DNA from: Cenococcum geophilum
Lineage: Eukaryota
Length of the DNA stretch: 64,000 bases
NCBI GenBank assembly: GCA_050273025.1
Contig: CP158635.1
Coordinates: 23,002,001-23,066,000 of the forward strand
Direction: 5' to 3'
Made by a program: the position numbers and the translations under genes. Shown in pieces: positions 37,123 to 50,839 of the stretch (positions within the stretch are counted from its first letter, which is position 1; each line of letters starts with the position of its first letter). Under the pieces are notes generated by a model. The model saw only the letters and a program-made list of their open reading frames with translations. It had not been told where the DNA came from and did not search any database.

Positions 37123-38055
37123 ATGTCTCTTCTCGCCCATCTTTCCCTTTCCCTTGCCGGGATACCTAAGCCGACTCAAACCTATAGCTTTAAGTCTGGA
37201 AATTACCAGCTCTTTTTCACCCTCGCAGGTTCAGGCCCTCTCCTTGTGATCCAGGCACCGGGTTGGGGTATCGGAAATGCCTACCTCCAATCAGGCCTGG
37301 CACCCCTGGCTACATCACATACTCTGCTCTTCCTCTTGCCGCGTGGCACCGCGCCCTCGTCCGGGGCCGACTCCGCTAACGAAATGCGCAGTGTCACTAT
37401 GGCTTTTGACCTCGAATCTCTGCGTGTATGGCTGGAGTTGCCTTCTTTAACGCTGCTCGGGCACTCGAACGGCGGGACAGTTGCGCTTGCGTACGCGGAA
37501 ATGTATCCCGAGCGGGTGGAGAAGTTGCTCCTGGTGGACCCGCAGATCCTTGGCTTCGATGACTCTGCAACCTGGATTCGCTTTTTCGGGGAGCGCATGG
37601 AGGATCCACGCTACGCTGGGGCTATTGAGGCCATGAAGGGGGGCATGAACCCCCAGACGGACGAGGAGCTGCAAGAGTTGCTGAAGAAGTTGATACCGTA
37701 TTATTTTGCGCAGCCTGAGAAGTATGCTGAAAAGTTTTATCAGCAGTTAGAAGCGGCGGCAAAGGAATCACAGCATGGTGGTGTGCAGGTGTCGCCGTTC
37801 AAGGCGCAAGGAGATGCTGATCGAGCAGATAAGGAGGGTGTAACAGGCTTGTTTGGGAGGGTTATATGCAAGACTCTGATCTTAGTGGGAGACAAAGATG
37901 CATTTTGTAGTGTTGCGGCGGCGAAGATAGCCCAAGAAGGCATTAAGGGAGGAGGACATGACGGGGTAGAGTTGGTGGTGTTGGAAGATTGCGGGCATTT
38001 CCCTTGGATAGAGAAAGGGGATATATTTTTCGAGGTCATGAAGAGGTTTCTATAA
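37123..38055 (+). CDS. Alpha/beta hydrolase (proline iminopeptidase-like)
   Basis: Intronless 310 aa. Nucleophile elbow GHSNGG, Asp in GDKD, His in CGHFPWIE. Confidence 0.88.
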   Translation: MSLLAHLSLSLAGIPKPTQTYSFKSGNYQLFFTLAGSGPLLVIQAPGWGIGNAYLQSGLAPLATSHTLLFLLPRGTAPSSGADSANEMRSVTMAFDLESLRVWLELPSLTLLGHSNGGTVALAYAEMYPERVEKLLLVDPQILGFDDSATWIRFFGERMEDPRYAGAIEAMKGGMNPQTDEELQELLKKLIPYYFAQPEKYAEKFYQQLEAAAKESQHGGVQVSPFKAQGDADRADKEGVTGLFGRVICKTLILVGDKDAFCSVAAAKIAQEGIKGGGHDGVELVVLEDCGHFPWIEKGDIFFEVMKRFL

Positions 38056-38640
38056 GATGAAAATGAACGAGAAGAGTTCTTCGGGTCTCCTCGTAGTATC
38101 AATCTCACATAATGACACCGCTCAAACTGAGTGTCTTGGATGTCAATACCAAGCAGTAGTGGGTGAATCAACGACGGTCTAGAAAACAGTCATTGACGTC
38201 TCGCCATGTTCCGTCACCCATGGGTAACACCTAGCGAGGTGGTGCATCATAGGAATAATCAAAGATGCGGAAAATGGTTGTATGTGCAGAATTTAGTGAG
38301 CTAGCTAGGGTAAACGTAGCACATAGAGATATAGGATTGCGCATGTTACAGCCTTTCAACCTACTTAAATTCTCAAAGTACTATCTCTTCCGAACCATTA
38401 TTGGCTGCTAACGCCCAATACAGTAGTATAACATTAAATACGCTCCAAGAGATAGGCCACAAACGTTAAATCTCCTATATGTAGATTCAATTGATCAAGG
38501 GGAGAGGGTGTTTTAAATTATTTGGGTGGAGGGATAGAAAAAGTAGCTATCTGTGTAAATATTTGGACAGGATCCGCACAGGATCCCTTTGGCTGGTGTA
38601 TTTAGTCCTACGGTTATCGATAAGAACTAGCCAATCTGTA

Positions 38641-38878
38641 CAGCGTAGAAATAAGCAGCCGATATTGGCACGTGCGCAACCACCAAAAATCGACGATTGT
38701 TTGAGGAGGAGATGGACTAGAAGAAGATTTAGAATATATACAAGTACTACATAAAGCCTCTACACGATTATAAAAGACGTAATGGGCAAATGACAAAGTA
38801 TTAGAATAGTAATATATCTTCAAAAATCGATTTTTAGTGGTTGCGCATATGCCAATATCAGCCGTTTATTCTACGCTG
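38641..38878. mobile_element. Tc1/mariner-type MITE (238 bp)
   Basis: ~53-bp TIRs CAGCGTAGAA...AAAATCGA, flanked by TA on both sides. Confidence 0.88.
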
Positions 38879-40409
38879 TACAGCCAATAGAATCAATGGG
38901 ATCAAGGCTCCGTGACCATACGCGTACTTTTGATCAGTGTGGCTAAAAATAATCCGATAAGAAACGATAACGAATACCGTATTATTTGGATATTATTTTT
39001 TCCTGTTACGGGACCACCCCGTAATACCTCGCTATACCCACCTGTTTCCACCGTCTCGTATTCCACCTGCCCCGTTAGCAGAACTTGGCAGAACATAGCA
39101 GAATACGGCAGAATATGGTAGGACTGATTAAAATTATATCTTTAAAGGGGGTTAGTTATAATTCTAGTTCTCTTCCAATCCTTTATATACTCTATAATCT
39201 CTAGCATATCCGCTTTAAGCTGAACTCTCTCCCAACCTATTATACGACGTCCTCTAGAAAAAGTAGTCTCTGCCTTATTACTTATTGCAGGAATAGAAAG
39301 AATATTAACTGTAAAAAGAGAGAGCCGTGGAAAGTGTTTCCGTTGTTAATTATCTAGCTACCATTTAATAGGATTAGCTTTAAGACCGTACAATAGCTCT
39401 GAATTATAATTCTTAAATTTATCCTAGCTTTTTAGACGGTTGTATTTCCCCTTAATTTTATTAGCAAAATAATTAAACTCGTTAAGTGGTTCCTTTAGAG
39501 TAGAAGCTTTATACAAAGTTAACATTAAAGGCAATTTATGCCAGTATCGCTTTTAGAGTTAATTAACTTACTAGATTACTTTTAAAGCAATACCCTCTAG
39601 CTATATTAATTTAATATACGTTATATAATAACTTAGATTAAAAATAAGAGCGGTAGCGTAAAGTGGAGTAATAAGTAGTTTCTAGTAATAAGTGTTAAGC
39701 TTTGCTTTACATCGTACAACTTAAGCCTAAAAGCTTTTAGCTATAGTTAATCTATTACTCTAGAGTAATGCCTAAGATATATATAAGTAGATTAATAAAG
39801 TAGAGATGTCGTACAATATACTAAGATCTCTCTTATATAGAGATTAAGAATATTAAGAATATTAAGAGCCTTATTAAGTGTTGTAGAGTTTCCCTAAAGC
39901 TTAAGAGTTGCTAATTTAAAAGCCCTAAGGAATTTATATATCGTACGAAGCTAGACCTATTCTTACGGTAAAAGAACATCTGCCTTATTAATAGTATCTA
40001 GATATTTAGTAATATACTAGCTTACAGCCTCCTATAGCTAAATTATAACATCTAGTATATTTTACTAGCTATTCTATCTTATATAATTATTAAGAGGAAT
40101 TCTTTTTTTAGCTTGTTGTTTAAACTGCTTTATATAACCAGAACTGGCTTAGATGTAGACAATAATATTATATAGTTTTCCAAAAATACCGTAAGTAGCT
40201 CGAATTCTTAATTCTCTTTCCTTTTTCTTTTTCTTAGAGAGCTCTTAAGCCTAAGTGTTGTTATTATTATTATCTTCCTTATTATCTTCTTCGTACGCTT
40301 CTATAATCTTAAGATCTAATTTTTTTAAAAGAGAAATGCTTTAATAATAAGATTAATAATATGGCCCTAATAGCGGATTTGTTATTAAGTGGCAGTCTAA
40401 GAGATTCTC

Positions 40410-40668
40410 TATAAGGGTACTTTTGGTCCCTTACTCGGCTATATCCCGGAAGCTCTTAGGGGCTGCCAAGGCTAGCCTTCGGCTAGGCCTTGGCCACCCC
40501 TTATAAGCTCCTCGGGCTTACAGCCTCCTTCCTCCCCCATCGGTTCGTCTCTGTACCTAGGCTATTGCCTACCCTTATTACCATATCGTCCTCTTCCATC
40601 AACTCTCCTTGTGACTCATGCTCGGCTTGCCTGCTCCCTACCGTACACCCTAGCAATACTGCCTTACA
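40410..40668. mobile_element. Solo LTR (259 bp)
   Basis: TATAAGG (RIP form of TGTAAGG)...CCTTACA with TSD TTCTC at 40405-09 and 40669-73. Confidence 0.85.
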
Positions 40669-41179
40669 TTCTCTCCTTTTTAAAAAGATATTGGCTAATT
40701 ATACGACAGAGGACGTTATTTATGCTAGAATTATCGCTAATAATAGCTCTAATTTATTATATAATACCGTAATCCTAAAGAACAAAAAGGAGAGTAGTTT
40801 ATTAATAATCTCCGCTGTAGCTAGATACTATAGGAAGTGCAAGGAGAATATTAAAATACCACTCTCATATGTTAATAAAATAAGCGCAAACGGTAAGAAA
40901 AAGATAATTATTTAGAGACGTCTAGATATCTACAGAAAGATGAATTTATATAATTACTAATTAAAGAGACTTTTGTACAATATCTTTCTCCACTAAAAAC
41001 ATTTCCTGTGCTTAATTTAAGATAGCTTAATAATAGGTAGGGAGAATTTCAACAGCTTATAGATTAAGAGAATAGCAAAAGGCTTAAAATTCTTCGGTTT
41101 TAATAAGTCGAAAAGAAAGATTTTATATAAGAATTAATTTAAGTAAAGCCTTCTTTAAGACCTATGTATTAAGAGCGTT

Positions 41180-44100
41180 TAAAAGCAGACTATATAGTCT
41201 ATATACGATCTCAACGCAAAGGAGCTCTTGCTGCACCCGGCCCAAAAAGACCAAAACCAACCAAAAGAACCCTAAAAAACACCCAGAGAATCCCCCTAAG
41301 ATGCATGCATCGCAGGGGAGGCACACGTCAAACGACGGTGGCTCGCACTCGCGCGCGACCGCTAGAACTACGCCTAGTAATAGCCCTCTACAATAAAGAT
41401 AGGCGAATACCACACTATAAAGCGGAAATACCTCTATTAAAAAGGCATTTAATAAAATATAAAGCCTATTAGACGCGTCTAGTATCTAGAATTATAGGGG
41501 AGTAACTATTAGCTATAACGAACTAATATAGCTAGTAAAATGGCTCCGCTAGTCTAGTAAACCTTAGGCGCCCCTCTAGTAAACTCTTAATTAAATCCTC
41601 TAACGGCTAAGCAAAATTAAAAATAAGTATAACTCCCCCTTACTAGCGAACTATACCTAGGCCGCTATAGCTGCGCTTTTATAGTATAGGGAACCTATCC
41701 CCCTTAAGTTAATAACTAGGTATATAATTATAATATAACTAAATATAGAATAAGTAGAGGGGCTTAGGGGATAATTAGAAATAGAAGTCCTTATAAAGAT
41801 ACGTAAAGAGGTCTATAACGCTATTATAGTCTAATACCTTAAGAGCGGAGATATTAGAGTTACCTTAAAGGACTAATAGGTAAAGGAATAAGCCGTAAGG
41901 GTAGGGGATAGGCTAGGAGAACGTATTAGCATAAAAGTACTCTATAAGGATTACCTAGTTAAAGTCCTAGCAGTTCCTATAAGCCTTAGGGTAGAAAAGG
42001 GACGCTAGGCGGACAATACAGCAATTATATAGGAGATAGTAAGATAAATAAAACGCCTTATACTAGGACCCGAAATCACCCGAATTTAATAGCTTTAATA
42101 GGAAAATACAAACTAAGTATATAATAAGAATAATAAGAGGATATAAGGGTCGCCGGAGACTTACTAGGGAGACGCTAGATAAATATATAGCTCCCTTATC
42201 GTCAGCATATATACTAGGAATGCAAAAACTCCTTATCTAAAAAGGAATAATTATAAACGGCCTTATATACAATATAAGGCTCTATAACTATAGACTATGC
42301 CTAGAATAATGCTATCGCTATATATAATAGGGACACACCTAATCTATATACGCAGTATAGGTGTGCTGCGGCTACTATATAGGCCCCTATAATACGAGAT
42401 ATTACTTAAATTAAGACTAAATAAAATGTATAAACTGCCACTAAAGCATATATAAGGCGTAGGGGAGAGAAGACTATATTAAATATAGGAGACGGAAGGT
42501 AAGGGCTTAATAGCTACGGGAATAACTGCACGCTAGGTTATACGAATGGAAATAACAGGCGATAAGCTAGGGGGATATAGGCGCCTTCCTAGCGTTTCCT
42601 ACCTTTAATACTAGAGGGCTAGGCCAGCTATCCTAAGCCTTAACGGGCTAGAAGCGACGCCGCGTAATATTACTAAACTAATTAGGGATATAAGGGTTAT
42701 AGGGGATATAAGGAAGAGGACGCCCCGTAGGAAGACCCCTATGGACAGCAATAGTAGGCTTAAGACTAGGATAATTAAGAATTAGACTTAATACGGCAAA
42801 TATAATATTCGCAGCCAACCTATAAAGGGTATATAGCCAACTAGTAAAAACAGGGGAAGAACCGGTAATAATAATAGATTTAAATATAGAAGCGCTAATA
42901 GGAATATAAGATACGGAAATAGAAAGCTTTATATAAAATAAGTAGTAACTAGGGTATAGACATAAGAGATAAAAGCTCTAAATATCCTAGAGAAAGTAAA
43001 AATAGAAGAAGTAAGGAATAAAGGAGAGTTAAAGGACCCTTGCCGGGGGTCCGCTACCTATCCATTATACAGTATAACTGCGGTAATATAAACTACCGCC
43101 TTATAAGGCCTTTACTAGATAGTCTAGACCTAGAGAAATACTATATCCTTACTATATAAGAACCGTATTATAATACCTTTATATAATTAATATACTGCCC
43201 CTAAGGATTCTAGCTCCTATATAAACTAAAAGCAGCTATATATATATGCTTTATAATTAGCAAGGCTATCAGCCTGTCCTTATAGTTATAGCAGGCAGTT
43301 AACCTAGATATTATAGTTATAATAATCCAAACATATAGGGGACCGGTATAAATTATTAATATATATAACCCTAGGGTTAAAGGGGTCCTATAAATAGAGA
43401 ATATTATATTAGTAATAAGCTTACTAAAAACCGAAGGTATAGAGTCTATTTTACTAGGAGATATAAACCTCTACTACCCGCGGTAGGGGGGTATCTATAT
43501 TACTATAGATTAACAGTTAGAGTGCCTACTAAGAGCTATAAATATCTGGGGCCTTAAGCTAGCTACCCCCCTAGGAGCAATTATATAGCAATAAGGCACC
43601 GTTAGAAGTATAATTAACCTTACATTTATAGACAAAGGCCTATATTAGAGACTTAAAAGGTGCAACCCTAAAGAAGAATAGGCACTTACCCTAAACTATA
43701 TCCCTATTTAGATACAGCTAGACCTAGATACTAAAGCGTAACTAAATAGAAAAAGATATGTAATAAGGAAGCTTAAAATAGATAGTTTCCTTAATATAGT
43801 TAAATAATAACTCTAAGACCTAGAAGAAATCTACCTAATACCAAATAAGTAAGGCTTATCGGCCACCCCTAAGGAAATTAACTGAAGACTAGAAAGGATC
43901 TAGGCAGTAATTAAAAATAGGCTAAAAGAGCACTACCCGATCTTAAAACCGGGCCCCTATACGCGATATATATGGTCTATATAATGCGCAGTTTTAGTTA
44001 CTAGCTAATAACGAGTAAGAAGGAAATATATAAGTAGCTATAACCCTAAAGACGAGAGATAATATAAAGATACAAGAAACCAGCTAAAGAATACCCTAAA

Positions 44101-46763
44101 AAAAGAAGTAAGAAATAACTGGAGACGGTTTATAAATAAGTATACTTCTAACCTAAGCCTCCCCTATAATAAGGGCCTTTAGGCTATAGCAAAATGGGTA
44201 AAGAAAAAGGTAGGGCGCCTAGTAGAAGACCTATACCTACTACCCCTATAAAGAGTAGGAGAATTATAGGCCATAAACAATAATAATAAGAAGGTAAAGA
44301 TCCTTATAGAAAGGTTCTTCCCCTAACCGGCTCTAGTAGACCTTAGTAATATTACGGGTAAAATACCAGTAACTCGCCTGTGGGTTAACAGCGATATAAT
44401 AATAGAGGAAATGGCTAGAACTATTAGCCGCCTTTTAAATAATATAGCACTAGGACTAGATGGGATTCTAAATAAGGCCCTAAAAACCTATAGGCCACTT
44501 ATAGCACCTTAGCTTGCAGATATAGCTAGAGTATACTTTGCTATAGGCTACTACCCACGACTTAGAAGATCTATAATGACGGTTATCCTACAAAAAGAAG
44601 GTAAAGTAGATTACTTAATCCCAGGAAGCTACCGCCCTATTGCCTTAAAAAACACCCTTAGTAAGATCTTAGAAAGGGTAATAGCAGAACGTATAGTAGA
44701 TATAGTAAAGGAACACGCCCTATTACTATAAAGCTAAATAGGGGCAAGAAAGAACCACTCAACACTATCAGCACTTACGCTACTCGCTGCTACTATTAAA
44801 TCTGTATAGGCGATATAAAAGAACTTTATAGTATTAATACTTAGCCTAGATATTAGTGGTGCCTATAACAATATACTTTATAAGCGTCTCCTATATATCC
44901 TTAGGGCAAAGGGCTTTCTAGAATGGATTATATAATTTATCTAAGAGTTTATAGGCTAGAAAGAAACATTATTAGTCTTTAGCGGATACCAAAGCCCCCC
45001 TATTATAGTTGCAACAGGAATACTATAAGGATTACCCCTCTTGCCTATACTCTTCCTTTTTTTTATAAGTAACCTACTTAACTCCTTTAAGAAAGGGGCG
45101 ACCTAGGGGATAGGCTTTATTAATAACATAAACCTAATTATATACGGGCTAATAGCCGTAGAGAATTGTAGAACACTAGAGAAAGCCTATAACACTTATA
45201 TAGAATAGGCAAAATGTTATAGAGTCCAATTCTTACTAGAGAAATACTAGCTAATCTATTTTATAAGAAAACGTAACTAATCTGCAGATTTTTAGTATAT
45301 AATTTACATCTAAGGCTTTAGGGGTTAACTAGTTTAGGGCCTAAGGGTATTAGGAGTATGGGTAGATAGTAAGCTCTAGTAGAGCGTATATACAGTATAA
45401 GCGGCCCATAAAGGCTAAGCACAGTTTATCGCTTTATTTAGGATTATTAATTCTATATAGGGTCTATGCTTCTAAAGGTTACGCCTATTATATATAGCAG
45501 TTATCCAGCTAACCATAATATATAGATTTAGTATTTAGGCCATTAGAGAAACTAAGAAGGGCCCCCCTAAATTACTCCTTAAACTACTTTAAAAGGTCTA
45601 AATAGCCTACTTTTAGAGTATTATAGGCGGGTATAAGCAAACGGCTATAGTACTACTTAAGAAGGAATCCAATATTCCCCCCCTATAGTTATATATTAAA
45701 GCCGCTGCAATATAAAGGATGTAAAATAAATGCAACTCTAATATTATAAAGTATATTAAGACACGCCTAAGTAAACTATAAAGGGACCCTAGGGTGCCCC
45801 GTAGGAGAATAAACTAATAACCCTAAAGTAGGGAAGAGATATTAGAGAAACAGGTAAAGAAAGTAGAAGAAGAATAGTGCTGCTTTAGGGCCTAGGCCTA
45901 TATAGAGGAGGAAGGGAGACGTATAAGAGGTTAGTAAAGATAATAGTAAGATAGAGAAAGGAGCTAAAGTAGAATATATAAGAACGCTAGGAAACCATCT
46001 ACCGTAATATAATACTAGTTGGACTAACGCTAAAGAGGTAAATAGGAGTTAAAGGTATAGAGGCTAACTTAGGTAAGACAAACCTAAGCTATAGTATAGT
46101 TAACGCTATAGGGGGTAAATACCTAAGGGCTCTAAGAAGGCCTAATAAAGGCAGAAAATATAATAGCAACACTCTTAAGAACAGAAATAATAGGACTAAA
46201 AAATTAGCTTTACTAGGTGGGTGTCCTAGTAGGTAGCCTAAGATGTAAATGTAGCTGGCTAAGACAGACACTAAAATACGTAATACTGCTATGCCCCCTA
46301 CGCACCAATTAAGAAATAATGCTCTTAGCAGCTGGCACAGAGAACTATAATACACTGCTCTTAATATAAAAAGGCCTTAAGGTGGTTACCTAGTGGCTTA
46401 TTAGTTAAAATATGCTAAATTAGTTCTAGGTTGCAAGGGAAATAGTAATAGAAGGCAAGGGGGCGAGCAGCAGGTGCCCCCTAGTAACTCTACAGTAGTA
46501 GAGTAATAGTTTGTGATACTAGCGCGTCCGTAGGCTTGTTATGGCAGCAGTAGTTCCTAAAGAGGTTAAATAGTAAGGTAGTAAAGCACTATAGGCGACT
46601 CGTAGGCGCTAAGTAGGCGAGTCCCAAAAGGCGGGGAGATAGATTATGGGGTTTTCTTATTTTTCTTAAATAGAGTTTTCTCCCTATATGTAAATAAGGA
46701 GTAGTCCGCGTAGGCCCAATAGGGATCCGAATTGGACGTTAAGCAATGAATTATTATTATTAT
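41180..46763 (+). mobile_element. Tad1-like LINE copy 3, full length, RIP-mutated
   Basis: TSD TATTAAGAGCGTT at 41167-79 and 46764-76. 5' GGAGCTC at 41221, (TTA)n tail, collinear with copy 2. Confidence 0.92.
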
Positions 46764-49700
46764 TATTAAGAGCGTTCTTAAAGATTTTATTATTAAGCTC
46801 TAGATATTAGCCACGGAGTTTATTATAAAGGGCTCTATATACTTCTGCTATATTTACTATATAACCCTCCCCCAAATTTAATTTAATTTAAATTCTATAG
46901 GTATTGCAATAATAAGATCAGAGGTTTGTTATTAACTTGGCTATAGTAGAGTAGAGATTGCAATAATAGAGTCTTTTTCTATTTGTATTATACTCTTCAT
47001 CTTTTAATATCGTACGATAGAAATTATAGATATTTAACCGGTTTTTTTAATAAGATATCTTAAGAGACATGCTTTTAGATATAGCTTTAAGAAGCGAAGA
47101 AGAAGGATTAGTTTATAAGGCTATAATTATATAAAGAATTAATAAAAAGTAGATATTAAAGAAAATTCTATAATACTAAGCCTTTTAAGCAAATATTATA
47201 TTTATTTTTTATTTTAATATAATATTTATTTCGATTCGGTTCCTTATTAATAATTTATATCGTTAGCCATACTACTTTTAATTCTAGTATTCGCGCATAG
47301 TCTAGATTCTTGTAAGACTTGCAAGGTATTAGAGGTTAGGGTTAGGCTTAGTATAACTTTAGGTTACGCATAACCCCCTAAGGTCCGCGACATATCGTCT
47401 AAATATCACCCCCCCCCTTTAGTAGTGGCCCCTACTTTTTAGACGCGTTTTTAAGGCTTAGGTTAGTACTGGGTTAGTATAAAGGGCCTTAGCGCGCCTT
47501 CAACCTCACTGTCGCCTTAATAATCCATTTTCCAACCCTCTCCTATCCTTATGCCCGCGCTAGCTTACGTAGGGCTTCTAATTTTATATAAAAAGGCCTA
47601 CTATAATTCTAATTATATAATATAGAGCCCTCTTCTTCTTCTTTTCCTTTAATATTTACGCGTTTGGTAACTTTATTTACCTATACCACGCTTATATATC
47701 TTCCCCCTTACCTCTTATAGATATGGAGTCTTTTAAGAATCTTCTTACCCTATAGTCCACTTTACGGTCGATAGAAGCCCCCCTAGCCTCCTCCCCCTAT
47801 ACCCTCTAGAGCAAATTTAAGGCCTAAATAGCACGGCTATACGATATTTATAAGGCCTAGCGCTTAAAGAATACTATAAGGGCGTATAAGCTAAAGTAAA
47901 AAGAATAGGAAGACTAATATATAAGACTAAAAGGCAATACAGACGGCGCCTAGGTAACAGAAGATAAGCTTTACCTATTTTTAGAGCAGTAAGTTATTAA
48001 TTAAGAATTACGGGCTGCTAGCTATTAAAAACGGAAGTTAAAACAGAAAAAGATATAGAAAGATAGTAAGTAGGCGAAGAAGAGGTAGAAGATAGTTAAG
48101 CGGGTAGGGCAGCTAGGGGGGAAGGTAGCTATAGGGGCAGCTATAGGGACAGCCGTAGGTATAGGAGAGGAAGCTATAAAGGAGGAAGGGGAGATATAGG
48201 ATAAGGAGGCCCTAGATGCCCTATTTAATAAAATAGTCTAATACTTAGTTATAAATAGCTATATCTCTGCTATTACTAAGCTTTATATATAGTAGTTAAA
48301 AGGTAAGGCCTTACAGCCACTATAGGGGGTAAAGCTTTTAGCAGTACTAAATAGCGTCTACTATAATAAGGACTGGATTTAACGCGTTAACTTTATTAAT
48401 TAAGGCCTATTTATAATTACTAGCGGCTATAACGTTAAAGGGCTTAAAAAGGCAATTACTTAGTACTAGAAGACGGGCTCTAAGATACTAGGTTTAGTTA
48501 AGTCTTACCTTTAAACTACGGCTAAGCATTTATTAGGTTTGTATATTAATACTACTATATACCCTATCTAGTCCGTATAGACTATTTACAGCTACTGTTT
48601 TCTAACCTGTTTTTTAGGCTATACTACCGTTACCTAGTGTAAAAGTAAATAGGACGTTCAGCTTATTAACCTTATTTTTATTAAACTAGAGAATAAAAGG
48701 CTTAAACTAAACAAGCTAGCGCTATATATAATTATATTAATAATATAGGGGAAGCAGAATTATTACGGTAAGGTTAAGTATATAGGCTCTATGCGTAATA
48801 CTAACCCTATCCTCTACCCTCTCTCTATAATAACCTTTTACTTCTTTAACCACTAGGGTAAAGACAGCGCTAAAAGCTTCCTATTCTTTTAGTAGCTAGA
48901 GGACTACTATAACCTATATATCTTCCCTAGCAGTATTAAAGTACCGTAATAGCTATTAAGCTATTACACGCAGTTTAAATAAAATAAAAAGATATTCTAG
49001 GGGGTATGGATTTACTTAAAAGAGAAGACCTATAGCGCCTATAAGTAGAGCGTCTGGCATACTAAGCTTAGCGGTGTTAAGAAGACCTAAATTAGACGGG
49101 CTAGACGCTAGAATATGGACGCGATAATAGGAGCCTACCTCAGCTATCTACCCTATGCGTTTATGCGGTCAATTACCGGCTTCCCAAAGAAAGGAAAGGG
49201 CTACTTTTTTCCCCGCAAGCGAGAGGTGCCAAAGGAGGCCCTTTACTTAAAGATATAGCCTAAGACTAATGTCTAGCTAAAATGTATAAAGACCTACTAC
49301 CTAGAAAGGGCTAATAATAAGGTTATACGGCTTAATCTTATAGGCTTAGAATTTCTATGCCTCCTTTACGCGTTTAGGGTAATCCTATTATAGGACTTAG
49401 TAATCCTATATAAGTAGTTCCCGCTCCACCCCCTATAAAAGGACTCCCTCTTTAGCTATAAGGAGTACTAGAGGTTTACCACGTAGGTAAAAAGCTTGCT
49501 AGCTAGTATAGTTACGCTAGATAAAATAATAATATAGAAATACTAGCCCGCCTATAAGGCTGTAGCTAAGCTAAGATATAAGGCCACAATCTTAGAGATA
49601 AAGGGGGTTTAATTACGGGTGTAGACGATCTTAGAACGCCTTAGTAAGATAGAAAGGTTATTAGCATTATTTACACCTATATAGATCTAGTAAGGGAAGA

Positions 49701-49770
49701 TAGGTATCTAGATAGGGCCTATAGAGTCTATATATCTACCTTTAGGCAAGCCCACGCCGTCTACTATAAT

Positions 49771-49942
49771 ATCTACTATATCCGCGCCGCCCGCTTAGCT
49801 ATCTACAATATCCGCACTACCCGCTTAGCCGTCTACAATATCCGCACTATTTGCTTAGCCGTCTACAATATCCGCACCACCCGCTTAGCTATCTACTATA
49901 TCCGCACCACCTACTTAGCCATCTACTATATCCGCATCGCCC
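49771..49942 (+). repeat. 30-bp tandem repeat, ~6 copies, inside the Crypton ORF
   Basis: Unit RTCTACWATATCCGCACCACCCGCTTAGCY at a 30-bp period. Confidence 0.9.
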
Positions 49943-50304
49943 CTACTAACGTAGGTATAAGCTAATACTTAACTATCTCTCCTATTTATCCTTAACCCGT
50001 AAGCGCCACTAAGGAAATATAAAATACTTTATAGTGGTAATTTAGTCTTCTAGCTCTAGACTAAGTGGACTTTAAGGCTAGCAGGTAGGCCGTTAATTAA
50101 AGCTCTTAACCGCTGCTAGGGGGTATACTAGCGGGTTAATAGCGAGGCTATATTCTATAGCCGTCGCCGTAGAATAATTAAGGATATAAAACGGCGTGTA
50201 GAAAACAGTATAGCAAGAGATAAGAGATAGGCTATTAACTAGCTAAAACAGCTACGAGGTCGGCGTTCTTTAGATTAACTTTATAAGAATATCTAAATAG
50301 TTAT

Positions 50305-50616
50305 TTTACTACAGTAACTAAGACGCCTTAATATATAACTGCACTACGGTAACTAAGACGCCTCTATATACGATTGCACTATAGTAACTAAGACGCCTTA
50401 ATATACGACTATACTGCAGTAACTAAGACGTCTTAATATAGGACTACACTGTAGTAACCAAGACGCCTTAATATATAACTGCACTATAGTAACCAAAACG
50501 CCTTAATATAGGACTGTACTGTATTAACTAAGACGCCTTAATATAGGACTATACTACAGTAACTAAGACGTCTTAATATTGGACTGTACTATAGTAATTA
50601 AGACGCCTTAATATAG
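50305..50616 (+). repeat. 35-bp tandem repeat, 9 copies, downstream of the Crypton ORF
   Basis: AGACGCC-type core recurs every 35 bp from 50321 to 50601. Confidence 0.92.
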
Positions 50617-50839
50617 AAATAGAGCCCATTTAGGTGTTATAAATTTAGAGTAACATTACGCGACCGTCCAAAAGTACCGATCTAACACAAATTATGTACC
50701 TTTTCGCCTAAAATCGCGTGCGAAAGTACTTGGGGGCGGTCACTACGCGACCTCGTGCGGGGTTCGGGCGCGTTATCAGCAGGGGTAGCCCTAACCTCAT
50801 ATTAACCCAGGTCGTAACCGCGCCAAATCAGCCCCCCCA

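Larger units (their letters stand above)
38903..47312 (-). mobile_element. hAT transposon, RIP-mutated, with a nested solo LTR and LINE
   Basis: Dimerisation-domain remnant FPRLSLFTVNILSIPAIS...FS at ~39250-39340. Imperfect CAAG-starting inverted ends. No clear TSD, so boundaries are approximate. Confidence 0.72.
47332..50798 (+). mobile_element. Crypton of a second family, RIP-mutated
   Basis: With RIP changes reversed, motifs read RPKNTIRAY.PKQKEW and EKTHSAR...IRRAGRWNMDAM.GAYLSYLP, with a GCR1_C-like C-terminus. Imperfect inverted ends start GAGGTTAGGG. Exact ends uncertain. Confidence 0.82.

Noticed and set aside
41221..41400. HDV-like ribozyme at the 5' end of the full-length LINE
   Set aside because: No P1' partner for GGAGCTC and no P3/L3/J4-2 arrangement could be found by eye.
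47332..47346. Telomere or interstitial telomeric tract
   Set aside because: Only about two units, better explained as part of the Crypton end.
50305..50616. CRISPR-like array
   Set aside because: Contiguous 35-bp tandem units with no unique spacers, no cas genes, and a eukaryotic context.
24668..50798. Starship captain recombinase
   Set aside because: The tyrosine recombinases have the Crypton/GCR1_C layout and ~3.5-kb self-contained ends. No cargo-bearing giant element is evident.
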